DNA of 64,000 nucleotides, taken from positions 293,793 to 357,792 of the forward strand of contig NW_005434590.1 of assembly GCF_000315625.1 (NCBI RefSeq). Direction: 5' to 3'. Made by a program: the position numbers and the translations under genes. The notes beneath the pieces were generated by a model. That model was not told the origin of the DNA. It ran no database searches and saw only the letters and a list, made by a program, of their open reading frames with translations. Numbering within the stretch: the first letter of the stretch is position 1; every line of letters begins with the position of its first letter. The stretch is from Guillardia theta CCMP2712 (lineage: Eukaryota; Protista; Cryptophyta). Positions 21,260-30,745 of the stretch are shown here, one piece after another.

Positions 21260-21800
21260 TTAGTAATAGCTAGGCCTTAGCAGATCACTAACATAATTGA
21301 GGCGTTCCTGGTTGACCTTCTCACGCAATCGTTCGTTGATCGCGTTCAAGGCTTGTTAATCTTCCAAGATTTTTATCATCAGAACCATGGTGGGGATAGC
21401 GTGGCTCTGAGCGTTTGACTCTCCTAACCACAATCTCCTCATCGCTCTCTTCTTCGTCATCGCTCTCCTCGATAATGATCTTCTTCTTCTTCTTAACAAT
21501 CTTAGATACCTTGGGCGGATCATTTTGCTCCTGTGCTGGTTCGACTGGTTTAGCAACGAGCTTTTCCACAGTCTTATCAAACTCATCACCTTCCTTCTTC
21601 AAGGCCTCCATTTTGATTAATTTGTTAAACTTGCTCTTTTGATTCAACTTAGCTTTTTGCTTTCTTGCTTCCTCTGCTTTGATGCGCATTAATTTGAGAC
21701 GTTCCAAAAGTTCTGGCGAGCACTCCTTTTTCTGCTTGGTGACCACCTGTGCTTGTTGGTCAACATCTGTCTCTTCAATGACCTTCGGTTTTCTTCCCAT
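21260..21800 (-). CDS. Charged K/E-rich PLV protein, probable +1 frameshift near 21350
   Basis: MGRKPK...ERLKLMR...KKKKIIIEESDDEE; the +1 frame continues LNAINERLREKVNQERLNYVSDLLRPSYY to a stop at 21260. Confidence 0.6.
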
Positions 21801-21838
21801 TTGTAAGAAAGTAAAGAAAAAAAAATTACTTAAATTGC

Positions 21839-22183
21839 TCAAGGGCCATGAACTGGCCGAGCCATCTTTGGAACATCCTTAATATTGTGCTTAGTGTACA
21901 TCACAGTAACATCACGATTACCCACCATCTCTTGAAGCATTGGTTGGAAATCCTCGTAGTTAACATCTGGCCTCGATTGCTTGGAGTTGTAGATGTCACG
22001 CTTAAAAGCTGTGTCACGCTGCTGATAATAGTTAGAACTGGTAGGATAGGGCATTTTATTGATATCATCGTTTGGATGGATCCGCGGGTTCACAGTGTGA
22101 TGATCGACTTTATTCACTTCGATATCTAGGAAGCTTAAATGGTTCTTGTAACCATAGCTGAACGTGCTTGGTTGGAGATACAT
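21839..22183 (-). CDS. PLV hypothetical protein
   Basis: 114-aa ORF directly downstream of MCP. Confidence 0.6.
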   Translation of the reverse strand: MYLQPSTFSYGYKNHLSFLDIEVNKVDHHTVNPRIHPNDDINKMPYPTSSNYYQQRDTAFKRDIYNSKQSRPDVNYEDFQPMLQEMVGNRDVTVMYTKHNIKDVPKMARPVHGP

Positions 22184-22219
22184 TCTTCTTTTAATCTAAT
22201 GCGAGATTATTTAGTCTAG

Positions 22220-23717
22220 TTAATTGATACTAATTTGGTTTCCTGAACCGATAGTCAAATGTCTTGTTTCACAGCAGATGATAAGAGGTAACCATACCTG
22301 GTCTGAGGAACTCTTACCAGATGTAACGCTTCCTCGCGTGGACCACTCGATAGAAACAGGGAGCTGCCTTGTGTCGAGGCCTGAAATAACCATAGTGCCT
22401 CCCGCATCGCCAACGTGCGATAAACTAAGGGTGTCGCAGAAGAAGTACTTCACATAATCGCTAATACTCTTATTCCCAGCATAAAAACCAAGATCAGCAG
22501 ACTGATGAAGATTGAATGCTTCAACTGTGTTCTGAATACAGTTCATCAGATTGGATGGAACCTGTGGTAGCTTCTCAGATCCGATGGTCCATTGGCTGGT
22601 GACGAGCTCTTCACCATTCCTTTGGAAGTATACGGTTTGGTTGAAGGTGTTTTCTGATGGTCCTAGGATAAGGGCCTCTCCAAGGGTTTTGTCAGTTGGT
22701 AGCACAAATCCACTCACTTTAGAGAGATCATCGCGGTCAGCCCTGATGAATGTCCCGATCATATAATCGAGACTATCGCTTGCGATTGTGAACCGTGTCG
22801 TTTGCGACTTATACGGGCTTGCCTGGCCAAAGAATGTGGTATAGTTTGGAAAATAAAGCTCGTAATTTGTCCCTTTCATAAGCTGATTTTTAAGGCCCTC
22901 ATAATACCATCCAGGCATATTGATTTTGGTCACGTTGGCTTTGATGTCGCTTAGCTTATAGCTTGGGGCTGGAAATATATTCTCGCTTGCTGTTGTAGAA
23001 GTAGTTCCTTTAGAATTTCCCAAAACAGCAGCACTTGCAAATGTGATGCTGATCTGAACTTGACCAATCATTGAAGTATCTATGACGTTAATGTTTCCTT
23101 GCTGTAGGACACCTAAGAAATTTTTGATGAAATAAGTTGATCTGTCCTTAACAAGATTGCTATCAAGAGCTGTTGTGCTAACAAATCTTGCAAATCGTGC
23201 GTATGTACTAATGGTGCCATCATCATTGACAACGCTCTTGCTCGAGGGATCCACATTCAGACCACAGCATTGAGCGCGGCCCATAGCATCTTGGTTTAGT
23301 GCCACAATGTCAAACAAGATGTTCTGGATCATGGCATAATCGGTGATCACGGTGCTGAACCACAACGCCATTGAATTTTATTTGTATCTCTTGGATAAGA
23401 CTGTAAGTGTTCCTCGGGAATCGGAGAGATGTCACAGATTGTGACCCAGATGCTCCTGATAGAACACCGTTTGTTGTCTCTCCAGTAAATTCCAAGCTAA
23501 AGGTCGACAGATCAAGCAATGAAGAGTAAGGCAACGTGATCTGGATCTTCTGGTTAGGTCCAACCGTGGAGGGCGTGGTAGGCGTGATTTGTATCTTGGT
23601 TTTCGACATGTTCGCTAACGAGCGCACCCGCCATTGTAAGTTAGTTGGAACGTACATTCCAGCCGTTTCAGGAGAGGGCCCAGACATTGCGGCTTGCGAC
23701 ATTGCGTTTTGAAACAT
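22220..23717 (-). CDS. Major capsid protein (double jelly roll), split by a frameshift at about 23350
   Basis: Overlapping ORFs 23310..23717 (ITLPYSSLLDLSTF...FPRNTYSLIQEIQIKFNGVVVQ) and 22220..23371 (TTRFTIASDSLDYMIGTF...ISGLDTR) join to about 500 aa with PLV MCP features. Confidence 0.85.
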
Positions 23718-23764
23718 CTTTGCTTTTAAAAGACAGACAGAAAAAAAAATAAGATTTCAAATTC

Positions 23765-24574
23765 TTAATTTAAGCCGTATTTTTTCCTCAACATCATCTC
23801 ATAATGTTCAAGGCTGCTTGGATGAGAAATAGTATTTGCATGATAAGCCCTCGATAGTATCCCCCATAATCCATACTTAGTGATGAGGTACTGCGATAGC
23901 TTATGGATAGGATTCGAGAATGAATGTTCAAGCTGTATCTTGTATTTTTCAAACAGCTCGATGAATCGAATCTGCCTGTTATAAGACATATTCGAGAACC
24001 TCACAATCTGGTCTCTTGTCCAATCGCTCAAGGCCACAGAGGGTATCTCTACTTGCTGGCCTGGAGATCTTGAACCGGCTGCCGGTGAGTTAACTTCATC
24101 TTGTGACATCGGTCCGCTGTCTTCAAATTCCGACTCGTTAACTCCTCCTGATCCGATGCCTAAGGCTTGGTTCATAATAGAATCGGTCTGATTAAACGAT
24201 TCACGCTCTGGTTTGATGACATCTGGGGCTAAATCTTGAACATTGTTGTCATCATTCGGTGCTAATTGTTGACTGACCACATCAGGATTGTATTGCGTTG
24301 GGATTTCAGTGCTCCCCTGTGGTTGGGTTGCCGCAGCACCATATCGAGATGGAATCCCTAACCCCTCGTTATTGTACATTGGCAGGCTAGGGGCCTTGTT
24401 CATATATGGTATAATGTTTTGTATGTGTGCCTGACTGGGTGGCTCAGGATCATCAGTGTTGGATTGGAGCTCTGGAATATATTTATTCTTCGATTGCTGA
24501 TTGTTCTCATTTTTAATATTCACCTCAACATTTACACCTGTCTTCCTATTTCTTACTTTGGTCTTCACAGTCAT
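23765..24574 (-). CDS. PLV hypothetical (core-protein-like) protein
   Basis: Basic N-terminus plus VNVEVNI motif, disordered middle; upstream of MCP. Confidence 0.65.
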   Translation of the reverse strand: MTVKTKVRNRKTGVNVEVNIKNENNQQSKNKYIPELQSNTDDPEPPSQAHIQNIIPYMNKAPSLPMYNNEGLGIPSRYGAAATQPQGSTEIPTQYNPDVVSQQLAPNDDNNVQDLAPDVIKPERESFNQTDSIMNQALGIGSGGVNESEFEDSGPMSQDEVNSPAAGSRSPGQQVEIPSVALSDWTRDQIVRFSNMSYNRQIRFIELFEKYKIQLEHSFSNPIHKLSQYLITKYGLWGILSRAYHANTISHPSSLEHYEMMLRKKYGLN

Positions 24575-24598
24575 TTATCTTATTGATTGAAATTATTT

Positions 24599-27500
24599 TT
24601 AACTACAATGATATGAACATCCTATGAAAACAGCTATATACTCAACTCCTTGGTAAGTCTCATATCGATGCTTAAAATTCTTGTAATACCAATCTGAATC
24701 TTCATCAATAAAATCAACTGAACAGCTTGTCTTGGCTACTGTATAATTATGAAGTAAATCATCAGATTGCTTCATACTGTATCCCTTGATTGGACTTGAA
24801 CATAGATAATCGCCATTCTCTATGGCTTCAACGCCATAATTACAGCACCATATAGCCCCCTCGCCGACCGCATTGATCATAACTCTATTGTTGTCAAGCT
24901 TAGGATATGAATAATGCCACCTTCCAGTCTTATAGATTCTTTTATCTCCTCCCTCCACGTTGGAGATCACACCATACACAGCTTTGTCACATTGAATGTC
25001 TGTTAATTTGATTATTGGCAGCGAGCTATCAATGCGAATGTTAGAGCTAAAATCATAATCTGTTCTATTCAAGTCTTGATAAAATCCAGTGGTAGAAACC
25101 AATAGACCCTGATAGTAGTCAAGGTTAGATGTTATCTCATCTAATAGATTTGAGGTTACAGCAATACAACGATGAGAGCCCGTGAAGTCTAGATCATCAT
25201 TGGCATTGTCATTATGTCTCAACCATTGCTCACCTGTATCATCTAAAGCACCATATTGAAACATCAAATCATTTGTTGCGCTGGTTCCTCCAAATGATAC
25301 AGAATTCAATAATTTATAAATAACCCATTCTCCACTATCAACAGCACCAGAACCACCCTTGGGTATATAGATACGGTCCAAGCTTATTCCAGTACATTTG
25401 ACATAATTATCTGTTATTCTTCCCCATTCTCCAAGATTTAAATAACCTTGATCATTCATTGAAATACCTTTGTAAATAGCGCATCCACTAGATCGTCCAT
25501 AAAGTCTTGTCCAAGTGCTGTCACTCTGTAAAATTTCAGTGCCTGAAATATGATAGCTCCCATCTGTTTCAATGTTGCCAGTAGATGAAATTGATGAAGG
25601 ACTAAAAGCACCACAACTCAATGTGCCTGAACAAGTAACATTTCCTATCAAAAATGATGTTAGGCTAACATACAAAGTGCCTGTGACCTCCAAATCATCG
25701 GCATAATCTGTGGCGACTAGATTCCCATTGACGGTCAAATCTCCCGAGCATGTAACATTACCGGTAAAGGATGATGTGCCTGTTACACTTAGATTATTCC
25801 CACAGCTTACGGCTCCGGTTAAGGTTGATGTGCCTGATATGCTTAGATTGTTTGCGCAATTGATATTAGCAGCAAAATCAACATCAACGGTTATAGTTCT
25901 AAAATCAAAATTGGTTCCATGTGGATAAATCTTAATAACCTCTCTTTCTTTTACAAGAGCACCATATCCAGACATACCAGTTGCTGAAAATCCTTGATAT
26001 GGATTTGCTTTATCACCTCCAAGTATTGATATAGAAGCATAAGTTGCTCCCTTTGTGATTGTTTCAGTTGCTGAACCACTTGCCCAAGTTGATGAAGTGT
26101 GAACATGAAAAGCTAAGTTTGTTTTCCTATTTGTTCTTTCATCTGATGGTGTGCCTAAACTGTTTTGAATAACCAAGGATTTGCTTTCAATCCACGTATT
26201 ATTGTTTGCTTCATCAAGAGCAACATCAATATTATTTTTGTACTTCCATCTATTATTGACATCGTCATAAATGCCCCATTCATTATTGCCATCATGCGTA
26301 AATACAACCCTGCCATCAATGCTGTATCCTTCCCAATTATTAGTTCCTGAACCATTGATTTGAACACTGCCATATTGACCTGAGACAGTTGATAAATAGT
26401 TTGTATCGTTGATGTATAGATCCCCAACTCCAATGTTCAACCCATCAATATATTCCTTGGTGTAATAGTTCTCGTTAGAAGTGTCAATCTCGGTCTTGGT
26501 GTAATAATTGGGTAAAACAACATCATCAAGAAACAATGTCTTACCTTTGAAGATTGTTTTGTAGTCTCTCAAAACATTGATCATCTCAATAATACCACCA
26601 GAGGTTTCGCTTTCCTGTAGTGTAAAACCAAACACATGTTCATCTAATTCTGTTTGTGTCAGTTCATTCCCTAGTGTTAAGATCTCCTCGCCTTGGAATG
26701 ATATAAGCCTGCTATCTAATTCAGTAGTAGGGTTTCCTTCAACATCGATCTTATATGTGCTATCATATACATATGCTTCGCCAGCAGCTAGATTGAGTTG
26801 TGATCCATCTGTTGTGTTGCGTGAATATATCTTGATTGCTCTGTCTTGATGAAGTCTATGTATTATCTCTGTCTCTAACAGATTTATAACAGTGCCAATA
26901 GCAAGTCGTAAAACATTGATCCAGTTCAATAAAAACAAGCCATCGGCCTTGCTAGTATTCAAGGATGAAGCTATCAACCCCCCAACAAAACCAGCACCAG
27001 CGGAAGCAAAGTCGCCCAGCCCAGAGAAGATATCGAATGCGCTATTTGCTGTATCAACTATATCTCCAAGATTGGCTTCATCATCTGGGTTTGATATGCT
27101 GTTAACACTATCTACTAGTCCATTGATGCTATCAATGATGTCCTGAACAGTAATATATGAGCCATCTTGCTTTCTCAAACTGATTGTATAGGTAGCCGCT
27201 TGATCATCATAGAGCAATTGGATCAGATCGGAGTCATTGTTGAACAGTGCTGTCAATGTTTGATTGTTGGCATTCTCAGCTAGGTTTATGATAGATTGTA
27301 AGGTAGATATTGCGTTGGAGTTGTTTTCAACATCACTTGATAAATCTGTTATTGTTGATTGTAAGGTGTCAATGCTCGTGGTGTTGGCATCAACACTTGT
27401 TTGTAGGGTGTCAATGCTCGTAGTGTTGGCTTCAATGCTCGTTGCGTTGGCTTGAATGTTCGCTGCGTTGGCTTCAATGCTCGTTGCGTTGGCTTCAATG

Positions 27501-27673
27501 CTCGTTGCGTTGGCTTCAATGCTCGTTGCGTTGGCTTGGATATCATCTGTGTTTGTACTAACAACACCCTCCAATGCTTTATGTGCCTCATCTAATTTGA
27601 TGATAGCTGTTTTAAGAGAACTGATCTGATATTGAACTGTATCAACAGACAAGCCACTGATCCAGGTGCTCAT
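24599..27673 (-). CDS. Fibre/tail-spike-like protein with coiled-coil stalk and C-terminal intramolecular-chaperone (Peptidase_G2/IMC-like) domain
   Basis: IEANATS heptads; beta-repeats NLSVTGTSSFTGNVTC; C-terminus FTGSHRC...NAVGEGAIW...ENGDY...KQSDDLLHNYTVAK...FIGCSYHC resembling giant-virus fibres. Confidence 0.8.
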   Translation of the reverse strand: MSTWISGLSVDTVQYQISSLKTAIIKLDEAHKALEGVVSTNTDDIQANATSIEANATSIEANATSIEANAANIQANATSIEANTTSIDTLQTSVDANTTSIDTLQSTITDLSSDVENNSNAISTLQSIINLAENANNQTLTALFNNDSDLIQLLYDDQAATYTISLRKQDGSYITVQDIIDSINGLVDSVNSISNPDDEANLGDIVDTANSAFDIFSGLGDFASAGAGFVGGLIASSLNTSKADGLFLLNWINVLRLAIGTVINLLETEIIHRLHQDRAIKIYSRNTTDGSQLNLAAGEAYVYDSTYKIDVEGNPTTELDSRLISFQGEEILTLGNELTQTELDEHVFGFTLQESETSGGIIEMINVLRDYKTIFKGKTLFLDDVVLPNYYTKTEIDTSNENYYTKEYIDGLNIGVGDLYINDTNYLSTVSGQYGSVQINGSGTNNWEGYSIDGRVVFTHDGNNEWGIYDDVNNRWKYKNNIDVALDEANNNTWIESKSLVIQNSLGTPSDERTNRKTNLAFHVHTSSTWASGSATETITKGATYASISILGGDKANPYQGFSATGMSGYGALVKEREVIKIYPHGTNFDFRTITVDVDFAANINCANNLSISGTSTLTGAVSCGNNLSVTGTSSFTGNVTCSGDLTVNGNLVATDYADDLEVTGTLYVSLTSFLIGNVTCSGTLSCGAFSPSSISSTGNIETDGSYHISGTEILQSDSTWTRLYGRSSGCAIYKGISMNDQGYLNLGEWGRITDNYVKCTGISLDRIYIPKGGSGAVDSGEWVIYKLLNSVSFGGTSATNDLMFQYGALDDTGEQWLRHNDNANDDLDFTGSHRCIAVTSNLLDEITSNLDYYQGLLVSTTGFYQDLNRTDYDFSSNIRIDSSLPIIKLTDIQCDKAVYGVISNVEGGDKRIYKTGRWHYSYPKLDNNRVMINAVGEGAIWCCNYGVEAIENGDYLCSSPIKGYSMKQSDDLLHNYTVAKTSCSVDFIDEDSDWYYKNFKHRYETYQGVEYIAVFIGCSYHCS
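27370..27540 (-). repeat. 21-bp coding tandem repeat (IEANATS heptads)
   Basis: GCTTCAATGCTCGTTGCGTTG repeated with variants. Confidence 0.9.
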
Positions 27674-27693
27674 TTAATTAGAATGAAGATTAA

Positions 27694-27927
27694 TTAAAAA
27701 TGGAGATAGACAGTTTCCTTTCTTATGCCAACACGGCACCGTTTTTTCCTATATGTATGGGTGAAGCTCGATCGCTCATAATAACTGATCTGTTCCTTAG
27801 TCAGAAGCTGGTTTTGAATGAAGAATTGTAAGATATATTGATTTCTAAAGATGACCTCAATAAGATCCTTGATGAATGTATTGTATTCTTTTTGTTTTAT
27901 GCGATAGATATGTTGAGCCTCATTCAT
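27694..27927 (-). CDS. PLV hypothetical protein
   Basis: 77-aa ORF heading the minus-strand block. Confidence 0.5.
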   Translation of the reverse strand: MNEAQHIYRIKQKEYNTFIKDLIEVIFRNQYILQFFIQNQLLTKEQISYYERSSFTHTYRKKRCRVGIRKETVYLHF

Positions 27928-27983
27928 TTATACAATATCAATAAAATAATCTGAGTGGGGGTTCCGCCCCCCAACGGCGGTGG

Positions 27984-28555
27984 GAAGATAGAGAGAATGA
28001 ATAAATACTCTATTGAATACCTGATGTGATGTAAGAGAGATTTATGAAAAATTATTAAGGAATCTTTGTGATAGTTGAGAGGATAGGGGTATAGTTGGCG
28101 GAGACGCGGAGACGTTACCCCTAAATATTTCATATGGCGAGTAGGGGTTGGATCTAGGGGTATAGAAAAGTTTGGGCTAACGTCTCCGCGTCTCCGCCAA
28201 CATCCATGATCATCATCTAGTACATAGAAGACTAGAAGTGGAGAGTGTGGAGGGTTTGGAGTGTGGAGGGTATGATTTTGTTTACCCCTTTGAAATTATT
28301 TTTATTTTGATGAACTCATCATAAACCCTCCACACCCTCCACACCCTCCACAATACATATATTTAGACTAGATTATAGATAGAAAGTAAGATGATAATGG
28401 TAAGGGAGAGGCTGTGTGGAGGGTTTGTGGAGGGTTTGTGATTGTGTGGAGGGTTGCTATGTGATGACTGACAAAGGATCCCTTGCTCTGTGTGCTGCGC
28501 ACACCGCCCAGCTGCGCAGGGCTTACCTCCGACCCTCATGAGAGAGCAAAAAGCC
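27984..28555 (-). repeat. Right inner inverted repeat
   Basis: Reverse complement of 3558-4136 with scattered substitutions. Confidence 0.93.
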
Positions 28556-28557
28556 TT

Positions 28558-29390
28558 ATGAGAATGGTAAGGAGAATGAACAATGTTTTTGATAAGAAAA
28601 GAGAACCCAACTAAGTTGGGTGCTGCTGAACAGCCTGTTAGGATGTGCTTGCTTTCAAAGCAGCGCGGGTCACCATTAACATTTTATGTCTTCTTGTATC
28701 TTGATGTCCTAAAAAGTGCCCTCTGCTTATAGACATTCCACATTCGCACGGTATTTTTTCTTTCATCATATTGGCATAACGGCTGACGCGCTCAGCAATC
28801 TTCTCCTTGTTCTCATCTCTATATTGCTTCTCAGTTCTTCCAGCGACAAGCTTATTGAGATTGCCAATCTCACGGATTAATTCTCCCTCTCTCTTGCGTA
28901 ATTGTTGAACATTATCACAGGGATGTTCTTCGTAGAGTTCAATGTACCAATCATCCCAGCTGGTCTCACGGATCCTTTGATAGAGTTTCATATTGTAGCC
29001 TTTTTCATTAGGATCGAAGCAGTGCTGTTTATGACCTGCCCATCTCTTGCTAAGTGGTTGAATAGTAGAACCAACATATATGAGTGATGTATCAGATCGA
29101 CATCTGATAGTATAGATAACCCCTTTTGAGTAATCAGGCATTCGTTTTTATACTTCCTGATACGTTTATATCATTTTTTCGACGAGAGGCACTGGTAGCC
29201 TCCAACGATGGTCAGTGACGCTCCATCTCCCCCTGAGCAGGATCCCTCTCCATCTCCCCTAATTGTTCAGATTGGTCACGAAGAAGTACCCTGGGTACTT
29301 GGTCAGCATCCCACGTGACCAGTTCTGACATTTTTCCCCTATATTTGGCATAGGTGGTCATATACGTCATATACACTTTACCGCATGCGG
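28558..29390 (+). repeat. Right outer direct repeat, carrying the GIY-YIG gene
   Basis: Both ends match 2982-3559 in direct orientation. Confidence 0.88.
28638..29141 (-). CDS. GIY-YIG endonuclease with C-terminal zinc-finger-like motif
   Basis: GVIYTI...IYVGST...LSKRWAGHK...REGELI...LN; CECG...H...H; upstream AAAAATGATATAAA motif. Confidence 0.92.
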   Translation of the reverse strand: MPDYSKGVIYTIRCRSDTSLIYVGSTIQPLSKRWAGHKQHCFDPNEKGYNMKLYQRIRETSWDDWYIELYEEHPCDNVQQLRKREGELIREIGNLNKLVAGRTEKQYRDENKEKIAERVSRYANMMKEKIPCECGMSISRGHFLGHQDTRRHKMLMVTRAALKASTS

Positions 29391-30745
29391 CGGCTGGTCG
29401 TCAAGGGGCTGGGAAGATAATCAGGCTGATATCTGCAGGATGAGATCGACATGCTGTGGAACAGACTTGCAGGGGTAGTGTGTAGAGGTTGAAAGGCAAC
29501 CTAGTTGATCACTTTCATGTTGTACTTGATCAACCGTGTCATGATGGGAGGTGGTGCAACGTGTAATACGCTCATACAACTACTTGCGCTTACTTGATTT
29601 CCAAGTGTTTCCATCGCCATGTGCAACTTTCAAAAGCCATCACGATGCGATTTCCTCTGATCTCCTTGTTGAAGCAAGGTGAAGTAATGAAGAAAACAGT
29701 TCTTGAAGCTTTCTGCAGTGTCCAAAAAGGTTGCCTTGACCTATTTACCTGTCTCACTCTTCAAAACAAGGTGATTTTGTGTGTGTGAGGGCTCAGTCTC
29801 AAATGCTTGGCAGCAGCCTGAAGCAGCATTTTACTCGCTTCCTTGCCCATAATGTTGAAGCAGATGTAGCAACTTCAAAACCGGTCCATCATCTTCACAA
29901 CCAGTCCATCACATTTGCATCCTCATGGTGTCTGGTGCCTCCTGGCACACAGTTCCTTCAGAGGGCGTGAGCAACTATAGGAGGGGACCATCGACGACTA
30001 CAACGTTGCATGTCATCATCCAACACTGCAACCATCTGTCTTCAACTGCCCCTCAACATCAGATGCGGGACTAAAGAGTGCAGAGTGCAACCATGCAGCT
30101 TACAGGTTACATGGGTCTCCTCGTTGCATCATTCGATAACTAAGAGCGACTCATGACTCTCTGCTGCATCCCGTCGCCATCTCACTCCGCCATGGCTGAG
30201 GTCTAGCAACAAGCAGCTCTTGCCCATGCCATGATCTTGTCAGCGATGAAAGCCATCAACGATGACGCATGAGGGACCTGAAGAGTAAAAGTATCACGCT
30301 CATCAGCTACACGTTCTGATCATACGAGCATTCGTCTCTCCTCTACTTGTAACATACATGTTGCTACCCAGCTTCAAGTCCACAACCTCCGTCGACCCTC
30401 GCGGCGCGCCATTCGGAGATGGCTCAAGTACCCTACCCCCTCTGACGACCCCTAGCGAGTACCGAATACCCCCTCGTGGGTGCGCTGGATGGCAGAGCAG
30501 GTCGGCAAGGCTGACAAGGAGCCGCTTGCTGAGGTCAAGATGCGCAGCCCGCAGAGAGAAGCAAGAGGGAGAGGAGCGAGGGCTATGGGCAGGGCTGTAG
30601 GCTTGATAGGCTTGAGCTCCATCATCATCTCGAGCGCGGTGGTGAGGAGCGACCTGAGGGTTGGAGGGAAGGTTTTTCTGAGCTGTGCTTGTAACAGGGA
30701 GCGTCATTTCCATGTCCTGGGCGATGTGCTGACTACAATCTGAGG

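Larger units (their letters stand above)
2982..29388. mobile_element. Endogenous Polinton-like virus (tyrosine-recombinase type)
   Basis: AT-rich, gene-dense, apparently intronless island with MCP, penton, A32-like ATPase, primase-helicase, YR and terminal repeats. Junctions gacaagaaGC|ataag and ccgcatGC|ggcggctgg rebuild the empty site gacaagaaGCggcggctgg seen at about 32701 and other units. Confidence 0.93.
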
